64,000 nucleotides of DNA from Strigamia acuminata (GCA_949358305.1 OX442314.1:21576001-21640000), one strand, 5' to 3'. Shown: positions 1-14,030, counted from the first letter of the stretch. Numbers and translations are program-made. Notes: a model not told the origin generated them from the letters alone.

Positions 1-139
1 TAAATGCAACTCTCTATTTTGTTTTCATTAAAAAACTTAATTTTATATATTATTTACAAAGGTTTTATTTCAATTTTATTAGTATAAATCAACAAATTCT
101 CTATCCATTGTGCATTACATATAAAACGTGATAGAAATT

Positions 140-1007
140 CTATTCCCGTCGAAGATTATCCAAACGCGCTTGCAAATCCGCATCAGCGTCGCTCACTGGA
201 CCCGCGGCGACCGCTGCTTTCTTGTTGGCCGGCTGAGCCAGAGAACCGCTGGCACTGGGTAAATCCGACATCTGTTCCGACACCTGGAGACCGAGCTCGT
301 CCAAAACTTGAGACACGATTGCATCACTATAAAAAAAATTACCAAAATTACCAAAAATATAAAAATAACGACCTCGTTTATTAAAATCAAATAATACCTT
401 TCCTCTTCGTCGTCATCGTCGCCCATTGCGTCGTCAATCGCATCGTTCATCATTTCTTCTTTCATGTCCATTATTTCCGACTGCTTCTCAAATTCCATCA
501 TTATTTTTTGAATTTGGGGTAATTTCAACTGAAATATAAGAAAATAAAACATTTAAATCAAATTATTTTAGTTCAATCGTCGTCACACCTGTTTGTTCAT
601 GTTTTGCATCGCTTTTGTAACTCCCTTCATGGCTTGTGCCATTGCATTCTGGGATCTCAGAGTCTGTATTTTAAGTGCAACTGCCTGAATATTGGCTTTC
701 ATTAGTATAAACTTTTTCACGTATCTTCTCGTCCTAACTAAATCCTTCGCCATGATTTTAACAGCATCCTGTAAATATAATAATTAATAACAACATTGAT
801 TCGTTTAAAAGAAAAAATACTCCTCTTTGTTACCATTTGGCCTTCTTTTGCCATTTTCTTAATATCTGCGATTATCTTCTTCTCCTGTTGCTCCATTTTC
901 GCTCTTTCTCGGTCCAAATCCCTCATTGCCTTGTTCAGGGCCCTTTGGTTCTTCCTCAGCATTTCTTCGGGGGTCATCTTGTGCCCAAAAAGCCATTCTA
1001 GAGGCAT
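140..1007 (-). CDS. CHMP2A: Charged multivesicular body protein 2a (ESCRT-III, Vps2); 4 coding exons: 1007-834, 768-589, 528-398, 326-140
   Basis: Spliced via GT-AG introns to MPLEWLFGHKMTPEEMLRKNQRALNKAMRDLDRER...DAVKIMAKDLVRTRRYVKKFILMKANIQAV...LPQIQKIMMEFEKQSEIMDMKEEMMNDAIDD...DADLQARLDNLRRE*, with the C-terminal MIM1-type motif of CHMP2A. Confidence 0.97.
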
Positions 1008-2001
1008 TTTTAAATCCTAAATAGACAAATTGAAATCATTATTGTGTGTGACAATAGTGAGTACATGAATGCGAGTGTGGTGCCATTGTACGGTGGAATA
1101 TAGAATTTATACATTGGATTTTTAGATTTGAATCGACAAATTAAGTTTATAGTGAGTTTCACTAGATTTTTACTTGGTTTGTGGATGGGTTGGTCCAGGT
1201 ATTCTGTGGTGCAAGAATTCGTCACTGTGTCCGTGATTATGAGTGGCGTGGCGTCAGCTGAGGCGCTGTTGTTGCTGGATGGTTGGGACCTCTGGTGCTG
1301 ATTAATGAAAGTAAAGGAAAGAAAGTTGTTTTGGGAAAATAAAAGTTTAGAAAGTATAAAAACTTGGGAAAATGACCTGAAATGTCTCAAAAAATGATTT
1401 TAAAGCTTGAAAAAATAATGTTTTTTTTTATTTTATTTTTGTTCTTGAATATTAATATTTAATTAATTCTTTAAATTTTAATTACATTTGATTTTTAGTC
1501 ACAACTCATATTAATAATAACGTAAACATGCCTGTTTTTTAAATTATGCATGGTTAAGGCCTCGGTTAAGACCATCCGTTTCCGCCCTGCTGCATCTTAT
1601 CTTTTCGTTTTATACAGTTTTAAAAAATAAAAATAAAATAATAAATCATTTTAAAAAAACATGAAAAAAAAATTCGTTTATTTCTGCTTTCTCTCAAAAG
1701 TTCCAGCAAAAAAAAATTGAGTAAATAAATTCATATATTAAAAAAAAAAGCGAAATCGTTTTTTAATCCATTAGCGAATAGCCCCTGAAACGTCATATGT
1801 TATCAACATAGTGGCCATTAATAAAAATGGCGTCAATTGTAAACATAAGGAGGTCAACCGAAACGAGAGTCGAAATTCTACTTCACATTGACCCAATTTC
1901 ACTCTCATCCGTGTGAAAGACTCGAGACTTATTTCCGTTCCTTAAAATTAACGCAAAATGCAAGAAAAAACTAAATATTTCTAAACTATGAACACTCTAC
2001 G

Positions 2002-2046
2002 TGACGTCATTAATAACCAAAGGGGGCTGTGTGTAAAGATGGCGGC
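2002..2046 (+). promoter_or_regulatory. Candidate bidirectional promoter elements between CHMP2A and AEBP2: CRE (TGACGTCA 2002-2009) and YY1-type site (AAGATGGCGGC 2036-2046)
   Basis: Exact motif matches between head-to-head genes; the YY1 motif overlaps the ATG at 2039. Confidence 0.5.
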
Positions 2047-5000
2047 CAGTGGCTGTGTGGAAGACAAGAGAGTTTCGACAGAAAGCGATAAATTCGTGGT
2101 ATCGACAGGTTTCGAAGTATTATCCATCAAGACAAGCACGGGCAAAGGAAAAACTACGACAAACTACGCTTTCCACGATAAAACAGCGTTGTGTATGCGC
2201 GTGGAGATAGAAAAACTAGCCAATTGCCTCAATGGCTTCAAATCACCCAGAGACAATCAAGTGGATCTCATACAGGCGGATCTCGTGCAAAATGGACGGA
2301 AAAGGAGAAGGGCACTACGTTTTGATAGTTCAGAGAGTTCTGACAGGTAACCCGCAACATTTTCCTCCCTTTTTAACGCCGCAGACGTGTTTTGGACGCG
2401 TTTCTATTGACCAGACAAAAGGTTGAAGGCTATTTATTTATTTGTAGGGGTTAAAAGGATTGAGATTGGTGAGGGTCGAGGCACGTGATCAATGATTGGG
2501 TATTGGGGATTGAGAAATTGGTTAAAGTTAGGTGTGTGTTATTGAATTGCGATTGATCAGTACGGAAATGAAATGTAAATGGAAAGCAGTTTGGAATTCA
2601 TGTTTGAAAGGTGCCTATTATGAGAAGTCTTTGAATTCGAGTGAGATAAGATAGGTATCTGATTTTTTTTCTTTTTTTTTTCCACTTAAGGGTTGGGCTC
2701 AAATCATATGCATGATTAGGGTAAAAGAATGTGGTCGATTTGCATTTTTTTGATTTTTTTTGATTTTTTTTTGATTTTATTTTGATTTTTTTAATTTTTG
2801 GGTACGAAATATTTATTTACATTTTTGATTTTTTTGTTTGGTTGGGAAAAAATAATCCAGGGCAGGGAGAGAAAAAAAGGTCTTGAGATGAGACGAGACT
2901 CTCCCAAACCTATATTTTGAGTGCGAGTTAACTGGTGTGGCCAAACCCAGGAATGTTTGGGCCCTTTAAATTGAGCCCCTGGGGCAATTGGGGCCTTGAA
3001 ATTCGGAAGGGAGAGTTTTTTGACTTTTTAGTGGGAGGATGTCCTGTTTTTAGTACAATACGAAAAGAAATTAACTATGAAACTGTGTGATTAGTCAACT
3101 TGAATCACGAAAATGAAGAAATCAGATTGAAAATTGAAAATTAAAAATTAAAAATTAAATTTGATGAAGTCTTTTTTCATTGTTACCATATTTTCTTTTC
3201 TTTAATAATTAATTTTCTTGGTTACATTGATGTAAAATGGAATTTTGTTCGGAATTGTGCGGGTGGAATGTGTCTTGGTTTGCGTTGTACTTCTTTGAAA
3301 TTTGGGAATCACATGTAAAATAATTGACCAATGAGATGGCCGATCGTGTAAGAAAATGGGTTCAGTTTAACACGGTACATCTGGGGACGATTTTAAAAGA
3401 ACAAAGGTTAGTTCTCGGACCCTGGGTGTTTTTACTGGAATTAATAATGAACATAGAATTTTCGGTTCGGTCGTTGGGAAAAGTTGATCGTGGAAAGCAT
3501 GGCGAGTTTTGCGTACAAATACTTAAGAAGGTAAAATTTAAAAAAAAAAAATAATTAAGATTTTCGATTTTGTTGGTGGAAATATGTTGAAAATTATAAA
3601 AGTTTCAGTGAGAAAAGTGTTTTCTTACGAGGTTTTTCACATGTGGAATATTCGAACAGTAACAGCCATTTTGTTTGGTTATTGAGAAATGCCATCTGAT
3701 GGCAAATATTGGAAGTAAGGGGAAGGAGCGAAAGGTGTTGACGATAAACTGCGATTAACTGTTCATTCCTTCTTAAGATAATGTGGTTGTGAATCGTAAA
3801 TTGATGATTATGATATTTGATTTCCGGATTGACGAAAGACAAGAAATTCATCGCTGGTTAAGTTAAAGCTGAATTAGGGTTTAATGTCCGATTGAGGTGG
3901 CGCCATTTTTTATTTGATTTTATTTTTAGCAAAAGAAATTTCCGTTGAACGCGATTTGGACACGAAGATGAATGCTGTTGTAGATACACTTGAACCAATT
4001 TTATGTTATAGATGTAGGAAGAGGAGAATCGTAAATCGAAACATGTTGAACTGCATTTTCTTTTCTTTTTCCACTCGGATCTCATCTCGTGATTCTACGG
4101 TTAATCGATACGCTGTTTCGATTGATTCCTAATGAAATGAAGCAAATCTGAATGCTAAACAAAAGTATTTTTATTCATTAACTGCTTCGCCACACCTTTA
4201 TTTACATTAGAAAAAGAAACAAAAAAATCAATTAGGAATTCGGCTTAATAACGAATTCTTAATATTTGATGTTTTCATTAGCTAAAGTTGCCCAAAAAAA
4301 GAGAAAAAATGTCGTTAACTCGAACAGAACTTGCGAATCGATCTGTAAAATTATTTAGTAATTACCGTAAATGGGCTCTCATTGAGCGCGGGATGCTAAT
4401 TGAACGCGGTATCTTGAACAACGCTGGTCGAAATTGACCAAAACGACTGAATTCAATATCTAAATTGAACAAAAGGATTAAAGTTAATATCTAAATTGAA
4501 CAAAACGATTAAAATAAATGTCTAAATTGATTTAAACCACTAAAATAAATGTCTAAATTGATCAAAACCACTAAAATAAATGTCTAAATTGATCAGAACC
4601 ATAAAATAAATGTCTAGATTAATCAAAACGACTAAAATAAATGTCTAAATTGATCAAAACGACTAAAATAAATGTTTAATTTGATCAAAACGACTAAAAT
4701 AAATGTTTAATTTACATTCTTTCAATAGAGCGCCAGGTTGTTCTATCGCAGCATTTACGGGAGTAATTACAGTTTATTTTCGAAAAACAAGTGTACCAAG
4801 TCGTAAAAAATCAAAAATGGCATCTAAAACTGATGATAAAGCACAAATAGCTTGAATTTATGTTTACATGGTTGAATTTTTCGTTTATTTTGCCTTGTAG
4901 GTTGTAATTAGAACCCTATCGACTAGACTAGACTAATACTATTGATCCCGTCTTCTCAATTTACCTACATGTTTCACTTGTTAACCTCCACGACATCCAA

Positions 5001-8000
5001 CAGAACAGTCTAAACAACTCGCGAATCCACGCCAGAAACTAAACGATGATGGATCTCATTTGCCTTCGTGTTATTACACCGTGCAAATTAGGCTTTACAT
5101 CACGTGTTTGTGCGCGGGTTCAAGGGGCATCTTAATTTGAAATTTGCGCAAATTTCCCATCCTTTTCAAAACAACATTTCTCCCCTTTTCTCAATCAAAC
5201 AAAAAAAGAAATCCGATGCCATCTTTGTTTCCCAAACGACCCAGATTTGATGAAGTGTCGATGAGCTTTTTTGCCACCTTGTATTTCACGCGTTATTTAT
5301 TATTATTTTTTTCCTTTCAAATAAACCGGAAACAAGGCGATTTCCGGTTAAAATTAGCGATTGAAATGAATTTCTCATTTTGCTCCTTCCAAGCCCCATC
5401 AAAACTCCCCTTTTTCTTGGCCATACACACACACCCTATACATGGACTGTGCCCTATTGCTTCAATTCCCCTGTCTCCTCAACCCCACCCCACATTTTAT
5501 AAGGCTCAGAGTTTTGCTCTCTCCTCATTGGTCCTTTGCTGATCACCACCACCCCCTACAAACACCCTACGGCCATGACAGCAGCAGCTGTGGTCTGCTG
5601 AGTTAGTCTAGGTGGAGTACAAAGTCTCATCAGTTTGTGCGCTGTTTCTTTCTTGTCTGCACTGTTTTTGTGCATTATTACGCGCTTTTTCGCATTGTTT
5701 TTGATGGAGGCGAGTAGTTAGTCACACAAGATGGCCACTGTGACATTGTTTCATGATTTTTATTGGGATTATAAGTCGTATTGCAGTGAAGAGAGTGGCA
5801 TTTACAAGTAAGTTGGATGTTGTGTGTAATTCCGTGTGTTTTGCGAGTGTTTGCTTTGTTTTGCGAGTTTAAGGGGTTTTTTTTCCCTTCGTTTAGTGCG
5901 GTTTAGTGGTAGTCTTGGTTTGCTCTTAGTGTTTTTTATGTTTGGGTGAGTGGTTTTGTGCTCATGTTAACGTTTGAGGAGTTTACGGTTGCAGTGAAGC
6001 CGAAAGCTGTCAGTTTTATGGGGGACTATGAATGTTTTTGTCCTAGTTTTGGGGGTTTTGGTGTGCTGGTTGGGTTTGTTTTGTTCGCATTTTTCGTTTA
6101 AATTGTAGATGGAAGTAATTTTTTTTTTTTTGGTTTTTTTAGGGGGGTTTATGTGGGGGATAAAAATGGCTGATCAAGAGTTGTTACTTGGTATTACATA
6201 GGGGGGACTATGTAGCTGTTAATTCTGGGTGTTTTTTTTTTACTACTGTTTTACTACCCCATTACAAACAACCTTTGGGTAGACATTTTTCTTGATGAAG
6301 GTGGAGAAGAAAAAAAAAGTTAATATGACCTCATAACGGGGTCACAGTCAAGGACAAATTTCTTCCTCAGGGTTTATACAGTAATTTCACTTTATGATGC
6401 TAATCTGGTTTTTAAATGTGTTTTTGTTGTCTTGTCTGAAGGAAAAAAATATATATTTAGATGTAAAAAACATGGCTACCTGTTTGTTTATATATATATA
6501 AAAAAATAATAAGTAAATATTTTTTTTATTACAAACATATGGAACAGTGACTGGAGCTCACACATGGCACAAAGAAGGCAAAGGGTTAAATAATGACGTC
6601 ATAATTGTGAGGGGGAGAAAGCGAGGGGTTTGTATTCACCAAACCCCTATGTTTGCGCCATTTTGGGCTTGGTGGGGGAGTGGCAGAAAAAGTAGGCTTA
6701 TTTTAGGGGGAAAAAATTTTTTTTTTCCAACCTAAATTAGGCCTAATGATGAAAAGTAGGATTCTGCGCGTGCGCGAAAAAAATGCCGTTTTCTTTGACA
6801 TCTGCTGCTTCCGTTTATCCTTGAGGAGAAATAATTTGCGACATCTGGAGTTTGGAGAAGGAGAACGAAGTAGCGGGCAAAAGCACCTGTAATAAAAGGG
6901 GGAAAAAACGAAATGCAAGATGGCGGGAATCGACGCTTGTGGATGGAGTAATAATGGTCGTAGCATCCATCCATGCTTGGTTCCGACCTAACTAATTATT
7001 AACTATTTTGATTGTGGTGACTGCGTGTTGTATTGCGTTTAAAAATAGGCGAGGAACGAGGAAAAAAAGGAATTTGTTGTCTGTGGACTCCGGGAGCAGC
7101 GAGAGAGAAAGACACACGCAAAGATGTACGAAATGGTGCATTTTTGTGGGTGGGTGGTTGAGTTTGGCGACGAATTTTCGGGATCAGAATGGAAAATGGA
7201 GTCGGGAAAGAAGGGAGACATGTGGTGAGTTAGTTTAATATGCTGTGTGATGAGTTGAATGCACCTGAGAGAGAAATCTAGCGGTAAGAAGGGGGAAGTG
7301 GATCCAAGGCCATCAGTGCTGCCGCTTCTATTTTATTTTTTATTTAAATGGTGGCCAGACATGGTTTGTTGTACCTGTAGTTCATGGACCCCACGTTTGG
7401 GTTGGAGATGTCTTTGGCCTTGTTAAAGGGGAAATGGACAATGGTGGACTTGAAGGGTTGAAAGGATTTGGTTGAGGCAGGAAGGGGAAAAATTGGGTTT
7501 GGTTGCAAGTTGTTGTAGGTTTTGTTAATGAAAAGTTTAGGGTTGGGTCGCGGGAAATGAGCTAATAGGGAATGTGAATGGACGTGTGAAGTTTGTTTTT
7601 TTTTAATATAAAATTTTATATTTATTGAATTTTTTTTAATTTTTTTTTTTTTTTTTTGATTTGTGATTGAAATTTTGAAATTTTAATTGAATAATTGCGA
7701 ATAATTGGTGCGTTTTGTTGAGTAATTGGGTTGTAATGAGCTTGGTTGGGGAAAATAATGTTTTTTTTGCATTTTGTCGTTGGTTTTCTTGGATATATCG
7801 GCGAATATTTTTGGTTTTTTACCGTACAGAGACAGAAATGTGAATTATTATGATTATAATCGTTTCTACCTCTTATCTAAAGACTTATTACCTGCTGATT
7901 ATGAAGGGGAAAAAAATTATATCAACTTGTCAAAATGGGGATCTTAATGATAGGTTTGGTTTGATAGGTTCGAGTGGCTGCCCTCTTATTCTCCGGAAAA

Positions 8001-11000
8001 GAGCAGTAATTATCCCGGCTTTATTACTCGGAAATTATTGTTTTGGTTACTGCATAAATGATGAGAAACATTCTGCTTGACTAAGCAATCGGGATTCAAG
8101 CATTGTCTGTCCATCCATTGTTGCACGAGTAGTAGGTGGATGCAAATGTTGGATTTATCAGTTGCGAGAATGACGAAAAAGTTTGGGCAAAACGTGCATG
8201 TTTTACGCGAGGTCTGGGAGAGATTGACAATCCGTTTAAAGCAGTTTGTGTACACACTTGATCAAATTTGCGATGTAGAGCTGCAGAAACATGTAGAGCA
8301 TGTAAACTGGGGAAAATGATGGAGTCTGATCGATTTTAAAACGAAGAATAGTATGTGTCAATAAAGGTGCGGACGGGCCGGAGCATTTGCCAGGGTCTTC
8401 GAGGAGGAGAATCGCGTTGTTTGTGCGGATGGAGCGTCAAAACCTGGTGGCGAAATGCGAGGATTAGACGTGGTTGATGACAGCATAAGTAGGAGCAGGG
8501 TTAAAGATTGCAGACAAAGTGGCAAAATGCCATTGAATGCGTGAATCAATTTTTTTTCTTAACCTTTTATCCCCGATGGAAATGGGGAGTGCTCCGACGC
8601 TGATGAAAACGGAAGGGATGACATGCAGGAAGATGCTGATAATGAAAATAAGGGGAAGAAAGGAAGGAGTGGGGGTTTTGTTTACAGTTTTGACGGGGTT
8701 AATAGATCTTTGTTGGTGGGGCTGTCATAATTAGACGAAACGAGAGCGGTTGTTGGAAGATTTAGTGATTCACAAACGAGATTTGCGTAGAAATGTGGTG
8801 GATTTGCTGGGTAAAGCTGTTTTGTTGGATTTTCTGATCCGTAAATCAGTGTGTGCGAGGATCTGTTTGAATGTCGGTCGCGTGGAATGAAAAGTAGAAA
8901 AGGAAAAAGCAAAAAGCAGGTTTGCCTGGGGTCAAAGTGTCAGTTTGGAGGAAAAAGTCATTGATCATTTGATAAAGTGTAAATTTTATTGATTGTTTTG
9001 CCAGATGGATGTGAGTCGATTGTAATTTTAGTCGAAAGACCGATGAAGTGTCGAAGTGGTATGAGTCATCGGTGTTTGAAACGATGAAACAACTTTGGAC
9101 AGCTTGTTGAACCGGCTCCGGGCTTGCACACTCGAATGTAACAAGAAGTGTTGTCACGTGAGAACATTAAGAATTAGCAGACCAGAAAAGCTAGTAATGA
9201 CAAGCATGAGGAAATATTGCTTGACCAGACAGTTATAATTATGGGTCTGCCGGTGGGATGCTCGAAGTGGGTTGATGGAGGTTTTGATAACGAGGTTTGA
9301 GTGACGAAAAGCGAATCAATGTTGTTACTAGATGTAGAAAATGGTGTTTTGCTTGTAGAATTGTGACTAATTGGTTTATTTATTTCTTTCACAGCGGAGT
9401 AGCGGCTTTAAGCAGCACAGATTCATCACAGTCAAGTGCGGCGAGCGATTTCACCGAGCCATGTTCACCACCCAGCCCAGACACGCCTCGTTCTTGCACG
9501 CCCCTGCAGCCGGGCCCTTGCTTTCCATGTGCTCACGGGTTCAGTCATTTAAGCACGTCGACGACGAATGGACAAGAACTGTGTCCCGGCCTGCAGTGCT
9601 GCGGCCAAGGCAACGCGTGCTTCACGACGAGCACGGCGACGAAGAGAAACCTGCAAACCCAAGACGCTTTCTGCAACGACACTCGACTGGTGGTGTCGTC
9701 GTCGACGGACGACGTCGGACAGGAGCCGCCTGTGCGACGTTGTCGGACCCAAGAACCGGTCGTGTCTTCGAGCAGCCAGCTGGACGACGCTAAGGAGTTC
9801 CTCAATTTCAACGACGACACTTTGCCCCTCGCGGATTTCCCGTCCGCGGTGAAGAAGGAAGACGTGGATGTGTCGAAGGATGTCGGATCCAAAGAAGCGA
9901 GCAAGCCGACGAGCGCGGACAGCAACTACAAGAAGAAACAGCCGAAAGTGGGCCCGGGCGCGCCATCTTCGGTCGCAGCAGCGCCTGGTGAGATTGTATG
10001 TCAGTGGGATAAGTGTGCGGCTAGGTTAAAGAATGGAGCGGAAGTTGTTGAACATCTTCAGAGCGTGCATGTGGCCTCGCAAGTGGAGAGCGAGTCTTTC
10101 GTGTGTTTGTGGTCGAGTTGTAAAGTGTACAAAAAATCTTCGTGTTCCTTCAGTTGGCTCGAGAGACATGTGGTGTCGCACGCAGGCAACAAACCATTCC
10201 AATGTATCGTGGACGGTTGCGGTCATAGGTTCACTACGCAAGGCGGTTTGGAGAGGCATGTAAACGGACATTTCAGCCAGCCGACGAGCAATGGGAGCAA
10301 CGGGAGCGGCGTCAGTGGCAGCAACGGCACGGCGCTGGCGAGCGGAAGTGCAGCTAGCAGTACGACTTCGACGGCGAGGCGGAAGGATGACACGCCCACG
10401 AAAATGTTGAAAAAGAAAAAGATGATGAGATATTGGAGGCGCTCTTGTGCTGGTAAGCATTGGTTTGCTCCTCAAACTAAAGGAGATTTTAAACATTAGG
10501 TGCATTCAACGATTTTCTGTTTCTCTGGTAAATGGTGATTACAAATTCCATCAGCACAATTATGCCTTTATTCATGTTTTATGACCTTTTTTGTTTTTGT
10601 AGTTTTTGGTGATGGTTTTTGTCTGTTTTTGGTGTCCAAAAACGACAAACAGAAACTTTGAATGCGCTTATTGTCAGTTAGTTTTTTTGATTGATCGGAA
10701 AAATGGGACACCAAGTTTAGACGAGACGACAACATATTAAAACAGTCTTTGAACAACTTTTGGCTGTCTAAAATATGCATTTAGACTGGTTTGAATCAGA
10801 TAAACAAGATTAAATGACTTTTTGAATGCAGCTATAGGGTGCATTCAATTTGTAAAAGGAGAAGTCACTTCCCCTCCTTTTTTTTTTTTTTTTTTTTTAC
10901 ACAAGTCACTTGTGAATGAATGCATTAATTTGACAACCAAATGTGCTGATGTGCATTGGCAATTTTAGATAATTTCTAAAATGGCTGTCAATCTAACTTT

Positions 11001-14000
11001 AAAAACGAATGCAATGCATAAGTGACTTTTATGAGGAAGATAAGGAGGTCAATTGATGCCTTATGTATAAGTGTCTTCAGAAGCGTGACTCTCATAAGTC
11101 GTATCAAAATATTCATCACTTTCACCCTCTATATCTAGAAGTCATTTAAGGAGAATAAAGGTGGAAACACAAGGAAAGCGGGTAAAATTTTAAAAGTTGA
11201 AAGAGGGGGTCATCAAACGCAAGCTTCAAGCTGGTAAAATCAAACTAAGTTTGATCGGAGTGTGCGAGTGCAAGCACAGTTAAAAGCAATGTTTTAAAAC
11301 CAAAAATGCACTCGTTGTGTTTGCTAAAGTGGGCGCTTCGTCTTCACTCGCAAGCTTTTGAAGTTTACCCGCTTTCTCGTGTTTCCATCTTAAGTCATTT
11401 ATCCCTCCAGAATTGGACGCATCTAGTGTCTCGATGTTTTAAGACAAATCTATAAGCGAGAATAAAGACGCATCTTGGTTGGGGCCTCTTTTAAGAGTGA
11501 TGATATGAAATGCCTGTGGATAAAAAGCGCGTATTGTAATTGTCATTTAATATAAAAACATCAAAGTGATACGCATTTGAAACTGAAGTGTAATTTAACG
11601 AATTCGCTGTTGAAGGCGCGGGGTTTACGGCAACTATTGACATTTCCTTCGGTTTTAATTGAGTTTGAATCTGAGTCCACATGCAGCTGCTTAACTAGCT
11701 TGGACGTGGGATTGTATCTTATTGCTTCCGACTGCAGGGTTAGTTATTCATGGTGGGCCCTGCTGCATCTATTGACTTACCTTACAAATGGCTGCATTTA
11801 AATGTATTAATTAATGAAACCTGATTTCTCTGATTCAATTTCCGATTGAAAATGTTTGTTGAAAGAAAAAGTTGTTTGCGCGCAGCCCTTTTGTCAGAAA
11901 GTTGCACGCATCAAGTCAATTGCAAAATGAAATTGAATCGTGTTATTACATTATTAATTATGGTGTAATTAGTTTTTTTTTGTTTCTTGGGTTTCAAGTT
12001 GATGTGTTGTCTGCGATTTATTACAGACGACGGAACGGAGCTGATCAAATTTGACATAATGCGACATTTTCTATTCGCTTTTGTGCGTTTGGAATTGAAA
12101 TAATGCAAAATTTGGTCGGTCCGCGATTGTTTAGTCATCAGTTTTTGGATTTAATTAACTCGGTCCATTGTGACGGCAGGCATCAATTTAATTTCTTTAC
12201 ACAAGTCTTGAATTTATGGCAAGTTAAATACATTTTATGAGGAATACGTGTAAATTTTATCACTTTCATAAATCGGTTTTAATAGTCCGACAGGAGGGGA
12301 GGAAAAAAAAAACTGGTTTTCAAGTAAAAACAATTTCGGCACAAGTTTCGAGTTTTACACTTGAAAATAAGAAGAAGAAAAAACAGCACAAAAAAATCAA
12401 GAAATAATTTATTGGATTAGTTTATCTATCTCTTTAATCCTAATAATTAATAATCCAAATGAAATGAAATATGTCATTAAAAAAATTAAAAATTTCAAAA
12501 TGACAAAAAAAAATGAAAAATTTATGGTAAAATATACAAAAAAAAAAAATGAAAACTCTGGCTAATAACACCAGAAATGCATTTTTATTTGGAAATGACC
12601 TTAATGATGACTCGATAACCAATAATTGGAAAATGTCGGATCAGTAATTACTGATTATACTTGAAACGTTGCTGTATACCATCATCCCTTTATGAAAGGA
12701 CTGGGCAAAAAAATTACAGTGTAATTTTCATTAAAAATATTCAATGAAGCTGCTGGGGGATTGAGGCCTTGCATCGAATTATAGCCCCTGGGCCTTAATC
12801 ATAGCACAGTGGGTTGAGTTGCCTGGCAACCGGGGTTGCGTAACAATGCGATTGTAAGGCATCAATTAGGGTTTGGTCATGAGGCAACGCATGCTAATGG
12901 TGTCTTAATATGAAAAGAAGGGTGACGGGGATTTGTATATGACTCATCCTGTCCACATCATATCTGGCAGTGGGGATTAAAAAAAGGGGACTGTGTCCTG
13001 ACATTGGCACTGTTGTTACAGCTGACACTTTGTGGAAATAAAATTTGATGTTGATGTTTCTTTTTTTTTTATTGTAGTGAAAACGGAAGATTTTTTCGAT
13101 TCCGGCATAATGGAAAGCGTCCAGCAACATTTGGTGTCATTGAATAAGCAAACACGAATGGATACCACAGGCGATGGATCTACAATTACATTCCATAGCA
13201 CGGTATGCAATTTATTTTCAGTTTTTTTTTTTAATTAGGCGCATTCAATTACTTTTTGTCTAAATTTGTGTTTTTGTTTGTTTCTAGATTCGTGCAAAGC
13301 GTATCGAAGGTTCGGGTAAAGTACGTGTTCTTTTACATTGGTATCCTGAAAATATGTAAGTATTATTGTGTAGGTTTTAGTCAAGCAAGGGAATGATGAT
13401 GTTTTATTTGATGTAAATGTGCACAATCTAAGAAAATGGTTGTAAAACATAATGTTTTAATTGGAGAGAAAAGTAGCATCCACCAAAACTTGTTTTTGGG
13501 TGGAATTTTGTTTTGTTTCTGAGTAAACCGATGTAAGTTTAGATTAAAAAATTGTGCACTCGTTTGGTAAGTATTCGTCGGATAAGATAGGGAATACGAG
13601 ATCAATTATATAGAAACTTGTTTCTGAAATTTTGAAACAACAGGATCTTCGTGTAATCAGATAAAGTCTTAAGAAAAACAAGTTTGCAGAGATATTTTTC
13701 TCGTTGTTAGTAGTAGTCTGAAGAAGGGCATGCGAACTGGAAATAAATAATTTTTCTAATGACAAGAATCATATTAATTATGAAACTAAGCCCACCAGAC
13801 ATGAATTTTTTTTTATTTTTTTTTAATTTGAGTTGGAGTTGGTGCATTTCTAGGTCATTAATGTTTAATTCCTTTTTTTTAGGATTCCTGACAAGTGGGT
13901 TTTGGAATCACAAGTGGAAGAGCAAGCAAAGCGGACTGTACCAATATGGTCTCTACCATCCAACGATTGGGTTAATCTGAATGGTTATCGGACCGAACAA

Positions 14001-14030
14001 CGGCGTGTTAGGAAAAATTGCAGGAAGTAA
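2039..14030 (+). CDS. AEBP2: Zinc finger protein AEBP2/jing (PRC2 accessory subunit); common exons 9395-10452, 13078-13202, 13288-13355, 13883-14030; first exon alternatives 2039-2346 and 5731-5807 (possibly also 3499-3530 and 7124-7224)
   Basis: Three C2H2 fingers (CQWDKC..HLQSVH, CLWSSC..HVVSH, CIVDGC..HVNGH), a K/R-rich patch, then DFFDSG..TFHST / IRAKRIEGSGKVRVLLHWYPE / IPDKWV, matching the AEBP2 C-terminal region; splice phases are consistent. Confidence 0.92.
4365..4760. mobile_element. Tc1/mariner(pogo)-like MITE containing a 31-bp tandem array (~9 copies, ~4430-4712)
   Basis: TA|CCGTAAAT ... ATTTACGG termini; unit consensus TCTAAATTGATCAAAACGACTAAAATAAATG. Confidence 0.6.
11159..11390. 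mobile_element. PIF/Harbinger-type MITE in an AEBP2 intron
   Basis: Imperfect TIRs AGGTGGAAACACAAGGAAAGCGGGTAAA / TTTACCCGCTTTCTCGTGTTTCCATCT, flanked by TAA on both sides. Confidence 0.7.

Noticed and set aside
1010..1390. 126-aa minus-strand ORF upstream of CHMP2A
   Set aside because: Non-ATG start, low complexity, lies in the probable 5'UTR intron (acceptor at ~1017).
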